Origin: an uncultured Deinococcaceae bacterium
GTDB taxonomy: Bacteria > Deinococcota > Deinococci > Deinococcales > Deinococcaceae
Direction of reading: 5' to 3'
Length of the DNA stretch: 64,000 bases
NCBI GenBank assembly: GCA_964252075.1
Contig: CAXULY010000005.1
Location: 100,642 to 164,641, forward strand
Shown: in pieces, positions 13,684 through 24,356 of the stretch
Layout of the letters: every line of letters starts with the position of its first letter
Numbering within the stretch: position 1 is the stretch's first letter
Notes under the pieces: model-generated
Told to the model about the DNA's origin: nothing
The model's database searches: none
What the model saw: only the letters and a program-made list of their open reading frames with translations
Translations under genes and position numbers: made by a program

Positions 13684-14271
13684 GTGAACACCCCCCTATT
13701 TCCCCCGACGCTGCTTGATCCCGCGCCCACCCGCCGCGTCTGCGCGGTGTTTATGGACCTCGTGGACTCGACGGGGCTGGCGTGCTCGCTGCCGCTCGCG
13801 CAGTTCACCACCCTGATGACCGAGTTGCTGCAGGTGCTGATGCTGCACACCGAGGCGCGCGGTGGCTGGGCGCTGTCACAGCACGGGGACGGGCTGCTGA
13901 GCCTCTGGAACGAGGAGGACGCGGCCTTCGCGCTGGAAGCGGCGGTGGAGGCGCACGACCGCGCCGCGCGCCTGGGCATCGCGCGCCGCCTGGGCCTGAA
14001 CCTGCAAATGCGGGTGGGCGTGGCCGCCGGTGAGGTCATGCTGGGCGACCTGGGCCGCGAGATGACCGCGTACGGCCTGCCCCTGATCCTGGCGCGGCGC
14101 CTGTGCGACGCGGGCGCGCCCGGCGAGACGCTGGTGTGCGGCACCATGCGCGAGCGCGTGCCTGCGGCGCGCATGCAGGAGCTGCCGCCCGCCGCCTTCC
14201 AGGGCTTTGCGGCGCCGCTGCCCAGCTACCGCTGCGCTGGTGCCAACCACGTGAAAATGAATTACGGCTAA
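13684..14271 (+). CDS. Stand-alone class III adenylate/guanylate cyclase domain protein (degenerate active site)
   Basis: [24 protein letters not shown] and LARRL, which match the class III cyclase fold. Confidence 0.82.
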   Translation: MNTPLFPPTLLDPAPTRRVCAVFMDLVDSTGLACSLPLAQFTTLMTELLQVLMLHTEARGGWALSQHGDGLLSLWNEEDAAFALEAAVEAHDRAARLGIARRLGLNLQMRVGVAAGEVMLGDLGREMTAYGLPLILARRLCDAGAPGETLVCGTMRERVPAARMQELPPAAFQGFAAPLPSYRCAGANHVKMNYG

Positions 14272-14317
14272 GTAAAGGCGCCCTTCTTCTCATGAGAGAC
14301 GCCCGTAGGCTGGGACC

Positions 14318-14995
<678 letters not shown>

Positions 14996-15014
14996 CGCTG
15001 TCCCCGCAGCATCC

Positions 15015-15038
15015 GGGCGGCTCCTCACGAAGCCGCCC
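15015..15038 (+). terminator. Hairpin after the response regulator
   Basis: GGGCGGCT / AGCCGCCC 8-bp stem, no U tail. Confidence 0.4.
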
Positions 15039-15068
15039 TAGACTGGGCATCATGCCAGGAGCCCTGCC

Positions 15069-16601
15069 GTGACCCTCCAGTGGCGGCTCACCCTGTTCTA
15101 CGCCGCGCTGGTGGCCCTGATTCTGGCGCTGGTGAGCGTCAGCGTCTTCGGCGTCATGCGCCAAGTGCTCATCAACAGCGTGGAGCGCGACCTGCAGACC
15201 GCGGTCGCGCAGTACTACCGCCTGCAGTACTCGCTGGACGTGCAGGTCGGCACGCCGCGCGACAGTCCCATCTCGCTCGCGCAGGTCGGGCAGAGCTTCC
15301 CAGACTACGCCATTCAGGTGGACATCTTCCCCTACAGCACCCTCGACCAGATCCGCAACGATCCCTTGCCGGACGTGTACGAGCTGCGCACCCCCGCGGG
15401 CGGCGGGACCAGCAAGGTGGACCCGAACGCGCCTTTCGTGCTGAGCGACCGGGACTTCGACCGCCTGCGGCACTCCTCCACCTCCATGTTCGTGAACACC
15501 ACGTGGCAGCGGGAGAACTCCGGCAGCGTGGCGGCCCTGGCGCTGGTGCAGCTGTACGCCGTGAACGTGCAGAACCCGCTGGACGGCAGCAGCGCCGAGC
15601 AGCCCGTCGTGCTGTGGTTCGTGCGCGACGTGTCTGGCGTGTACAACACGCTGGGGTCGCTGCAGGGCATCCTGATCTTCGTGTTCCTGGTGGCGACCGT
15701 CGCGGCGGGCGTGGTGGCCTACGTGCTCGCCGCGCGCGCCCTGCAGCCGCTGCGGCAGGTGCAGCGCGCCGCCGAGGGCATCGGCGGCAAAACGCTGGGG
15801 CGGCGCGTGCCGGAGCCCTCCAGCCACGACGAGGTGCAGTCCCTGGCGCGCGCGCTGAACAACATGCTGGACCGCCTGGAGCAGTCCTTCGAGACGCAGC
15901 GGCGCTTCACGAGCGACGCCAGCCACGAACTCCGCACGCCCGTCACGGCCATCTCCGGGCACGCCAGTTACCTGATGCGCCGCACCAGCCCCACAGAGCA
16001 GCAGGCAGAGAGCCTCAGCATCATCAAGAACGAAGCGGACCGCCTCACGGGCCTGATCGGCAGCCTGCTGGAACTCGCGCGCAGCGACAGCGGCGCCATT
16101 CAGCTGCGCACGCAGCCGATCCTCGCGCAGCTGTTCCTGCAGGACATCGCGCGGGAGGTGCGGCCGCTCGCGCAGGCGCAGGGCGCGGAGGTGCTCGCGC
16201 AGGGCGCGGAGGTGCCCTTCGCGGCCGACCCGGACCGCCTCAAGCAGGTGCTCCTCAACCTCGTGTCGAACGCCCTGAAGGCCGGCTCGAAGACCGTGCG
16301 CCTCGGCAGTCGGCAGGAGGGCCGGGACGTGGTGCTCTCGGTCACGGACGACGGGCCGGGCATCGCGCAGGAGCACCTGTCGAAGCTCTTCGACCGCTTC
16401 TACCGGGTGGATGAATCGCGCGCGCGCGATGCGGGCGGCGCGGGCCTCGGCCTCGCCATCGTGAAGGCCATCGTGGACGCGCACGAGGGCCGCATCTGGA
16501 TCGAGAGTGAGGTGGGGCAGGGCACCACCGTGTTCGTGCGCCTGCCCATCGGGAACGTGGAGCCCGTCGAGGACGACGTGAAGGTGGGCGCGCGCAGCTG
16601 A
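15069..16601 (+). CDS. HAMP-domain sensor histidine kinase
   Basis: Two TM segments, HAMP (DEVQSLARALNNML), ASHELRTP, NLVSNALK, DDGPGI, FYRVD, GAGLGLAIVK. Confidence 0.95.
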   Translation: MTLQWRLTLFYAALVALILALVSVSVFGVMRQVLINSVERDLQTAVAQYYRLQYSLDVQVGTPRDSPISLAQVGQSFPDYAIQVDIFPYSTLDQIRNDPLPDVYELRTPAGGGTSKVDPNAPFVLSDRDFDRLRHSSTSMFVNTTWQRENSGSVAALALVQLYAVNVQNPLDGSSAEQPVVLWFVRDVSGVYNTLGSLQGILIFVFLVATVAAGVVAYVLAARALQPLRQVQRAAEGIGGKTLGRRVPEPSSHDEVQSLARALNNMLDRLEQSFETQRRFTSDASHELRTPVTAISGHASYLMRRTSPTEQQAESLSIIKNEADRLTGLIGSLLELARSDSGAIQLRTQPILAQLFLQDIAREVRPLAQAQGAEVLAQGAEVPFAADPDRLKQVLLNLVSNALKAGSKTVRLGSRQEGRDVVLSVTDDGPGIAQEHLSKLFDRFYRVDESRARDAGGAGLGLAIVKAIVDAHEGRIWIESEVGQGTTVFVRLPIGNVEPVEDDVKVGARS

Positions 16602-16610
16602 AGCCGCGCG

Positions 16611-16943
16611 TCAGTCCGCAGCCGACCGGTGCCCGCCCGTCCACGCCCGCGATGCGGGCGCGCGGGCACCCGCCCGAATCTCCCGGATGAGTCCGTCGCG
16701 CACGGTGAAGGTGAAGCGCCCGCCGCCCGGCGTGACCTGCGCGACCACCTGCGGTCCGTCCGCGCGCAACGCCTCCACGTGCAGCGGCGCGTCGCCGCGC
16801 GGCGGGGCCAGCAGGCCCGCGTGGTCGTGGAGGCCGGGGGCCAGCACGGCGCTGAGGGCGCGCGCGTCTCGGTGTCGGAGGGCCTGGAAGTACGCGCGGA
16901 CCACCTCGGCGGGGTCGGGCGTCAGCACGAGCCGAACATTCAT
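16611..16943 (-). CDS. SnoaL/NTF2-like small protein
   Basis: VVRAYFQAL...D...LAP and FTVRDGLIREIR patterns. Confidence 0.6.
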   Translation of the reverse strand: MNVRLVLTPDPAEVVRAYFQALRHRDARALSAVLAPGLHDHAGLLAPPRGDAPLHVEALRADGPQVVAQVTPGGGRFTFTVRDGLIREIRAGARAPASRAWTGGHRSAAD

Positions 16944-16972
16944 GGGGTGCCTTTCCGGCCGGGGCGCGGCGC

Positions 16973-17329
16973 TCAGCGGCGCAGGCGCTTGGCGGCCTCC
17001 TCGGGCGTGATCTCGCCGCGCTCCAGCAGGCTCAGCACCTCGTCTCGCGGGTCGCCGGGCTCCGGCTCGTACCCGATGGCGCGCAGCAGGCTGTCGAAGC
17101 GCGCGCGCACGGTGGGGTAACTGAGGCCCAGGATGCGTTCGACTTCCTTCAGGTTGCCGCGCACCTTGATGTACAGGCGCAGGAACTCCAGGTTGTCGGA
17201 CGCCAGGGTCGCGAACTCATTGAGCACGAACTCACCGCGCACCGTGACGTTCGCGTCGGGGAAGTGCAGTTCGTGCACGATGGGCGTCTCGTTGACGCCA
17301 GGGAAGGGCACGGGCAGGGGTCTGGGCAT
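16973..17329 (-). CDS. DUF2089 family HTH protein with C-terminal SHOCT-like helix pair
   Basis: RGNLKEVERILGLSYPTVRARFD and VLSLLERGEITPEEAAKRL. Leaderless TAGAGT-6-ATG. Confidence 0.88.
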   Translation of the reverse strand: MPRPLPVPFPGVNETPIVHELHFPDANVTVRGEFVLNEFATLASDNLEFLRLYIKVRGNLKEVERILGLSYPTVRARFDSLLRAIGYEPEPGDPRDEVLSLLERGEITPEEAAKRLRR

Positions 17330-17349
17330 GCAGACACTCTAGGGTGGAG

Positions 17350-17377
17350 AGGAGGGGGCGGCGCGCCGCCCCCTCCT
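17350..17377 (-). terminator. Terminator hairpin between the SHOCT-like gene and the DUF2089 gene
   Basis: AGGAGGGGGCGG-CGCG-CCGCCCCCTCCT, 12-bp stem. Confidence 0.6.
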
Positions 17378-17380
17378 GCT

Positions 17381-17971
17381 TCACTTCACCGTCAGGCGCA
17401 CTTCGTTGCCGGCCGAGTCCTCGGACTCCAGCAGCGGGCCCAGCGGCGGGTTGGCCTTGAGCAGCATGACCAGCGCGTCGGGGGACAGGCCCGCCTGCTC
17501 CAGCGCCATCAGCGCGCGCGGCGGCAGCAGCTTGGGCGCGTGATCGGCCAGGGACAGCGGCAGGTTCGCGTTGAAGGTGCCGCCGGAGGAGTCCTCGACT
17601 TCCACGCGCAGGATGGTGCCGGGCCGCGCGGTGCGGTTCGCGCCGAAGGTGCCGCTCACGGCGCCCTCCACGGCGGCGCTGATGCGCTCACCGAGGTCCT
17701 CCAGCCCCCAGCTGCCGCGCGGAGGGCGGGGCGCCTCGGGCGGGTAGGGCGCGCGGGGCGGCGCTTCGCTGAGGCCCTTCATGCTCATCAGGGTGTCCGT
17801 GAGGCGGTCCACGCTGGCGTCCGGCTGGTCCAGCGCGCCCAGCAGGAAGTCGCGCTCGTGCGGCGAGAGGGTCAGTTTGGGGTTCAGGGCGGTGAGCAGG
17901 CCCAGCGCGTCCTCGGCGGGCAGGCGGCCCTTCTGGATCAGGTCCAGGATGCGGCGAATCTGTTCTTTCAT
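17381..17971 (-). CDS. SHOCT-like domain protein (DUF2089-associated)
   Basis: MKEQIRRILDLIQKGRLPAEDA and C-terminal LRVEVEDS...ANLPLSL. ATGA overlap with the upstream gene. Confidence 0.75.
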   Translation of the reverse strand: MKEQIRRILDLIQKGRLPAEDALGLLTALNPKLTLSPHERDFLLGALDQPDASVDRLTDTLMSMKGLSEAPPRAPYPPEAPRPPRGSWGLEDLGERISAAVEGAVSGTFGANRTARPGTILRVEVEDSSGGTFNANLPLSLADHAPKLLPPRALMALEQAGLSPDALVMLLKANPPLGPLLESEDSAGNEVRLTVK

Positions 17972-18894
17972 GCGCCCAGCTCCCTCCGGGTGACGAGCTT
18001 GAGCTGCCCGGCGGCGACGCTGCCCGAGAGCAGCGCCTCACCGCCGCCCAGCTGGCCCTGGTAATGGGCGTTCAGCATGCCGCCCTGCTTGGTGGTGGGG
18101 AAGTCCGCCTTGAAGCTCCCCACCGTGACTTCCGCGGAGACGCGCAGGCTGCTGTCCGGCGTGAGCTGCACGGTGGCGTTGCCGCCGTTCACCTCCACGC
18201 GGTGCTGGCCGCTCACGAGGCGCCCGGACCACTTGAGGTTCCCGCCGTTCACGCTGGCGTTCAGCGTCTCGGCGTGCATGAGCGTGAGGTTCCCACCGTT
18301 CACGCGCACGTCGGCGGGCCCGGAAATCTGACCGGCGTTCAGGTTCCCGCCGTTCACGTCGGCGTCCAGGGCCATGGCGCGGCCCATGCGGAGGTTCCCG
18401 CCGCTGATCTCCAGGCGCGCCTCGCCCAGCACGTCACTGAGGTTCAGGTTGCCGCCGTTCACCTCACCGCGCACGTGGCGCGGCGTGAAGGGCAGGCGCA
18501 GCGTGGCGCGTAGGTGCGGCCACAGGCCGACGCCCTGACGGTCCACGGGCTCGCGCTCCACGCGCCAGCCGTCACGCGTGGCGCTCAGGCGCAGTTCCTG
18601 CGGGCGGTTGGCGGTCAGGGTCGGCTGCGTGACGCCGTGGTCGTGCTCGACCGTGAGGGAGAACCCGCTGACCAGCAGCCGCAGGTCCGGCGGGGTGTCG
18701 GCGCTGTCGCCGTGCAGCTGCATGGCGTAGGTCGCCTCGGGCGTTTCGGTGGGCTCGGGCGCCTTGCTCATGTTCACCGTGGGGCGCGCCGTGACCGTGC
18801 TGCTCTGCAGCAGCGCCTCCGCTTCCTCGGGGGTGAGTTTGCCTTCGGCCACCAGACGTTGCACCTGTTCGCGAAAGCTGTCCTGTGCATCCAT
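17968..18894 (-). CDS. SHOCT-like plus DUF4097/Toastrack-like beta-repeat protein
   Basis: RBS AAGGAGG, VQRLVAEGKLTPEEAEALL, and six (V/I)(N/S)GGN repeats. Confidence 0.8.
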   Translation of the reverse strand: MDAQDSFREQVQRLVAEGKLTPEEAEALLQSSTVTARPTVNMSKAPEPTETPEATYAMQLHGDSADTPPDLRLLVSGFSLTVEHDHGVTQPTLTANRPQELRLSATRDGWRVEREPVDRQGVGLWPHLRATLRLPFTPRHVRGEVNGGNLNLSDVLGEARLEISGGNLRMGRAMALDADVNGGNLNAGQISGPADVRVNGGNLTLMHAETLNASVNGGNLKWSGRLVSGQHRVEVNGGNATVQLTPDSSLRVSAEVTVGSFKADFPTTKQGGMLNAHYQGQLGGGEALLSGSVAAGQLKLVTRRELGA

Positions 18895-18912
18895 ATCTTC
18901 CTCCTTGACCAT

Positions 18913-18955
18913 ATGTAAAACCAAAACTACGAGAATGTCAAGTATGGTTTTACAT
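18913..18955. promoter_or_regulatory. 11-bp inverted-repeat operator around a TTGACA -35 box
   Basis: ATGTAAAACCA (18913-18923), 21 nt, TGGTTTTACAT (18945-18955). Minus-strand TTGACA at 18936-18941 lies between the arms. Confidence 0.7.
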
Positions 18956-19003
18956 CCTCTGTTGAGGTTCGCCGGAGGTCGGGCTTTTCTCTATCCTGGC
19001 CGC

Positions 19004-20398
19004 ATGACCACCACCGAGGTGTCGGGCGCCGAACGCACCGAAATCGAACTGCTGGCGCGCGGCAAAGCGCAGAAATCCCGCGCCATGAAAACCCGCGGCC
19101 TCCCCGAGACGCCCGAAGCGGCCCACGCCCTCCTGCTGCGCCTGGGCCTCTGGCAGGACACCACCAACCCCTACCCGGACCGCGCCGGCATCAGCCTCAC
19201 CCCCGTCACCCTGGACCTCCCCCCACCGCCAAACGAAACGCGGACGGACCTCACCGCCCTCCCCGCGCTCGCCATCGACGACGACGGCAACCGCGACCCG
19301 GACGACGCCCTGAGCCTCGAAACCCTGCCCGACGGCACGCGTCGCCTGTGGGTGCACGTCGCGGACGTCGCCGCGCTCATCCCCCCGGACAGCCCCCTCG
19401 ACCTCGAAGCGCGGGTGCGCGGCGCCACCCTGTACCTCCCGGAACGCACCGTCGGCATGCTGCCCGACGCGCTCGTCGAGCAACTCGGGCTGGGCCTCCA
19501 CCCCGAATCGCCCGCCCTGAGCATCGCCGTGGACTTCGAGCCGGGCCCCGAGTGGCTGCCCGGCGTGGTGGACGTGCAACTCACCACCGTGCGCGTCGAG
19601 CGCCTCAGTTACCGCGAAGCGCAACGGCGCCTCGACGCCCACGACCCGCTCCTCACGGACCTCTGGGCGCTCGCGCAGGCGCAGCGCAGCTACCGCCTCA
19701 GCGAAGGCGCCGCCGTCATCGAACTGCCCGAAGCGCGCGTGAAGGTCGACGCGGACCACATCACCGTCGAGCGCCTCACGCCGCTCGACACGCGCGTGAT
19801 CGTGCAGGAATGCATGATGCTGGCTGGCTGGGCGGCCGCCGTGTGGGCCGAGGACGCCCAACTTCCACTGCCCTTCGCCACGCAGGACGCCCCACACCGA
19901 CAGGTGCCCGGAGACGACCTGCCCGCGCACTGGGCGCGCCGCAAGACCCTGGCGCGCACGCGCTTCCAGCCGAGCGGCGGCCCACACCGCGGCCTCGGCC
20001 TGGACCTGTACGCGCAGGCCACCAGCCCCATGCGCCGCTACCTGGACCTCGTGGTGCACCAGCAACTCCGCGCGGAACTGCGCGGCCAGCCCACCCTGTC
20101 CGGACGTGACATCGCCGCGCGCACCGCCGAAGCGGAAATGAACGCGGGCGGCACCCGCAGCGCCGAGCGCCTCAGCCGCCGCCACTGGACGCTCGTCCAG
20201 CTGACGCGGCAGCCCGAACGTCAGTACGAGGCGGTGGTGGTCGAGCGGCGCGGCCCGCAGGCCACCCTGCTCATCCCGGAACTCGCACTCGACGCGCCCC
20301 TCACCACACCCCACCCGCTCGGCACGGTCCTCACCGTGCAGGCCACCGACGTGGACCTTCCCACCCTCAGCGTGCGCCTGCGCGAAGTGCAAACGTAA
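19004..20398 (+). CDS. RNB-domain exoribonuclease (RNase II-like)
   Basis: AIDDDGNRDPDDALS, WVHVADVA, RGATLYLP, HRGLGLDLYAQATSPMRRYLDL. Leaderless TATCCT-6-ATG. Confidence 0.93.
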   Translation: MTTTEVSGAERTEIELLARGKAQKSRAMKTRGLPETPEAAHALLLRLGLWQDTTNPYPDRAGISLTPVTLDLPPPPNETRTDLTALPALAIDDDGNRDPDDALSLETLPDGTRRLWVHVADVAALIPPDSPLDLEARVRGATLYLPERTVGMLPDALVEQLGLGLHPESPALSIAVDFEPGPEWLPGVVDVQLTTVRVERLSYREAQRRLDAHDPLLTDLWALAQAQRSYRLSEGAAVIELPEARVKVDADHITVERLTPLDTRVIVQECMMLAGWAAAVWAEDAQLPLPFATQDAPHRQVPGDDLPAHWARRKTLARTRFQPSGGPHRGLGLDLYAQATSPMRRYLDLVVHQQLRAELRGQPTLSGRDIAARTAEAEMNAGGTRSAERLSRRHWTLVQLTRQPERQYEAVVVERRGPQATLLIPELALDAPLTTPHPLGTVLTVQATDVDLPTLSVRLREVQT

Positions 20399-20618
20399 GG
20401 GACAGGGCACCACGCGCCTGGTCACCGGCCCTCACACCCTGCGACGGAGTGCAAGCACGGGGTGCTGCTGTGCTTCCCCGGCGGCTTCTGACTCATTGCG
20501 AACGCGCCCAGCTTGAAGCGCCAGGCGATGGTCATCCGGTGGGCTTCGCCGCGCTGCTGCTCACCCGTACTTGGGCCTCGTGCTGATCGTGTGGTCCGTG
20601 GCGCGGCCGGTACCGCCT

Positions 20619-21803
20619 TCAGTGGTACTCGTGGTTCTCGCGCACCAGCGGGCCGCGGTACCACGCGCGCAGGCCGTACCCCATGTTCACGAGGTGCAGC
20701 GCCACCAGCGCCAGCAGCACCGCCCACGTGGCCTCCAGCAGTGGCGTGAGGATCGCGAGCGCCGCGGTCACCAGCTTCAGGCCCGTGGACGTGGCGGGCT
20801 GCACGAGCGGCGGCGTCTCGGGCTGCAGGGTGAGTTCAATCAGGCCTAGGAAGGCGTACGTCACCGCGAAGCCGCCCGCGAGCACCCACCCCAGACCGCC
20901 GTGCAGGGTGGCGTCCCCCACCACGCCCGCGAGGGCCCCGCCGACCGCCGCGATGCCCATCACCATCGGCAGATGCAGGTACGACCATGTGTAGAGCGTC
21001 CAGGCGTTGCCGGGGCGCGGTTTGCGGCGCCCCACGAAGTCGAAGTACACCCACCACAGGCCGAACCCCACCGCGAAGCCCAGCACGAAGCGCCACAGGA
21101 TCACGGCGTTGAAACTGTCGGCCCCCGCGAGGCCATTCGCGATGCCCGCGAGGCTCTCACCCAGCACGATGATCACGAACAGCCCGTACCGCTCCGGCAC
21201 CTTGCTGGCCGTGCCGCGAAAGAGCCGCGTCTGCGCCGCGAGTGTGAAGATGGGCGTGGTGAGGTCAATCAGCAGGCCCGCCGCGCGCATCACGGCCGCC
21301 CACGGCTCGGGTGCCCACACGCTCAGCACCCACAGCAGCACACTGGTGCTGAACCCCACCGTGTAGGGCGTCGTGACGGGCCGCACCTGCGGGATGTGAC
21401 GCCCCGCACGCCACCACATGAAGGTGATCAGGGCGCGCGCGCCCGCGTACCCCAGCGCGAACACGTCACCCCGCGCGTCGCCCGTACCGCCCGCGCTGGC
21501 CGCCATGATGCCCACCGCGAGCATCTGCAGGAACGTGAAGGCGCGGTAACTCATGTCGTACGTCTCGAAGCGCTCGCTGTACAGGGTGCCGCCCACCCAC
21601 ACCCACCACGCGGGCCCGAAGAACAGCGCGAAGTGCAGCGCGCCCGCCGCGCTCGGGTGCGCGCCAATCTCGTGCGCAAGTTGCGACACGATCACCACGA
21701 ACACCAGGTCGTAGAAGAGTTCCAGCCAGCTGACCCGCCGTTCGCCCTCTCCGGGCGGGTGCAGGACGGGCCGTTGCCACCAGCTGCGGAAACTCGGCTG
21801 CAT
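20619..21803 (-). CDS. ltrA: Low temperature requirement protein A family membrane protein
   Basis: SWLELFYDLVFV, ERYGLFVIIVLGES, WWVYF, YLHLP. Confidence 0.9.
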   Translation of the reverse strand: MQPSFRSWWQRPVLHPPGEGERRVSWLELFYDLVFVVIVSQLAHEIGAHPSAAGALHFALFFGPAWWVWVGGTLYSERFETYDMSYRAFTFLQMLAVGIMAASAGGTGDARGDVFALGYAGARALITFMWWRAGRHIPQVRPVTTPYTVGFSTSVLLWVLSVWAPEPWAAVMRAAGLLIDLTTPIFTLAAQTRLFRGTASKVPERYGLFVIIVLGESLAGIANGLAGADSFNAVILWRFVLGFAVGFGLWWVYFDFVGRRKPRPGNAWTLYTWSYLHLPMVMGIAAVGGALAGVVGDATLHGGLGWVLAGGFAVTYAFLGLIELTLQPETPPLVQPATSTGLKLVTAALAILTPLLEATWAVLLALVALHLVNMGYGLRAWYRGPLVRENHEYH

Positions 21804-21870
21804 GTGCCCTCACGCTACACGGCCGCGCGCGGTCCCGCCCCGCCCGATCGGGTGGCGCGCCACAGTGCGC

Positions 21871-22136
21871 TTAGTCCTCCAGCGCCTCCAGGCCTGGCTT
21901 CGGCCACCCAGCCTGATCCAGCAGGGCGTCCGCGCGCTCCAGCGCGAAGGTGCCCTCCACCTCGCGCAGCGTGTGGATAAGCAGCACCCCCGTCAGGCGC
22001 TCCAGCAGCGCCCACTCGGCCGAACCGCTGGGCTGCGCATCTCGCGCTCGCCGCAGGGCGGCGAGCGCCGCGCGTTCATTCCCGTCCGCGAAGGCCTGCC
22101 GCGCCTCGGGTGGAATGAGGGCGGCGGGGTCCGGCG

Positions 22137-22140
<4 letters not shown>
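21871..22140 (-). CDS. Small hypothetical protein coupled to mqnP
   Basis: GTG overlapping the mqnP TGA; 89 aa including [30 protein letters not shown]. Confidence 0.7.
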
Positions 22141-23024
<884 letters not shown>

Positions 23025-23092
23025 GGCACGAGTTTAGTGCGCCGCCCGAGACATCAGGGCGATGATGAACACGAAGCCAGCGTCGGCCCGAC

Positions 23093-24265
23093 CTACTGGA
23101 GTGCCGCCTCCGCCACCCGCATTCCCGTCTCCGCCGCATTCAGGACCAGGGTGGGGTCCACCACGGTGTCGCCCGGCTGGTGGTAGTTCGCGTCGAGGCC
23201 CGTGTGGAAGAACAGAGCGGGCGCGCCGCCCTGCAGGAAGCTGGCGTGGTCGCTGTCGTCCGAGTCCGGCAGGCGACCCAGGGTGGGCACCGCCGCCTGC
23301 GCGCGCCGCACGAGGTCCGGCGTGCCGCCCACCCGCAGCGGGTCCACCTTCACGCCCACCATGTCGAAGTTCAGCATGGCCTTCAGGCCGCGCACCAGCT
23401 CGGCGTTCTGGCTCACGAAGGCGCGCGAGCCGCGCAGGCCGTCCTCCTCGCCGTCGAAGGCCAGGAACCACGCGCTGCGGCCCACGGGCGTGTTCACGGC
23501 GCGCCGCGCGATGTCCAGCACCGCCAGCGTGCCCGAGGCGTTGTCGTTCGCGCCAGGCGCGCCCCGCACGCTGTCCAGGTGCGCGCCGAACACCAGCGCG
23601 GGCTTCTGCACGCCCACCTTAAACGCGATCAGGTTGCGGCCCGCGACGGTCTCCGTCACGACGTTCGCGTTCACGCTCACCGCGCCCGTGAGCGCGCGCA
23701 GGCGCGGCAGGTCCTCCTGCGCCACACCCACCACGGGAATCCCGGCCTTGCCGCCCAGGGTGCCGCCCGCGAGGCGTCCCGGCGCGTTGTTCACGATCAC
23801 CAGCCCCGTGGCGCCCGTCCGTTCGGCGTTCGTGGCCTTTTCCCCGAAGCGCAGGCCGCCGCGCGCCACCACCGCCAGCTTGCCGCGCACGTTCGCCCGC
23901 GCGAACTCCTCGGGCGTGCCGGTGCCCTCCACGAACGCCAGCGCGCCCGAAACCTGCGTGCCCGCGCTGCCGTCCAGCGCGCTCGCCGCCACAGTCACGC
24001 CGCCCGCCCGCACGCTCGACCCACGGTCCCCCGTGCGGGTGTACTCGAAGGGCTCGAAGCGCGTCTGGTACCCCAGCGCGCGGTACTGCGCGGCGAGGTA
24101 CTCGCCCGCCTGCCGCACGCTGGGCGTGCCCGCCACGCGCGGGCCGTTCGCCAGGAGGGCCTGTAGCCCGCTCTGAATGGTGTTGGGCGCCGTGGCGGGC
24201 GCCGCCGCCTGCGCGACGAGGGAAGAGGAGAGGACGAGGGCCAGCGCGGTGCGAGGACGAAGCAT
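23093..24265 (-). CDS. Secreted M28 family aminopeptidase with PA domain
   Basis: Signal peptide, PA domain (GKLAVVARG...FGEKA), GAHLDSV, GANDNASG, GEEDGL, NFDMVG, SDHASF, YHQPGD. Confidence 0.92.
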   Translation of the reverse strand: MLRPRTALALVLSSSLVAQAAAPATAPNTIQSGLQALLANGPRVAGTPSVRQAGEYLAAQYRALGYQTRFEPFEYTRTGDRGSSVRAGGVTVAASALDGSAGTQVSGALAFVEGTGTPEEFARANVRGKLAVVARGGLRFGEKATNAERTGATGLVIVNNAPGRLAGGTLGGKAGIPVVGVAQEDLPRLRALTGAVSVNANVVTETVAGRNLIAFKVGVQKPALVFGAHLDSVRGAPGANDNASGTLAVLDIARRAVNTPVGRSAWFLAFDGEEDGLRGSRAFVSQNAELVRGLKAMLNFDMVGVKVDPLRVGGTPDLVRRAQAAVPTLGRLPDSDDSDHASFLQGGAPALFFHTGLDANYHQPGDTVVDPTLVLNAAETGMRVAEAALQ

Positions 24266-24356
24266 GACCCCCACATGAAAGCGCGGGCGCGCATGGGTTT
24301 GCACAGGCGGAGATGAGTTGCTGCAGCGCGCGGCCCGCGCGGCGTAAGCTGCGCGC

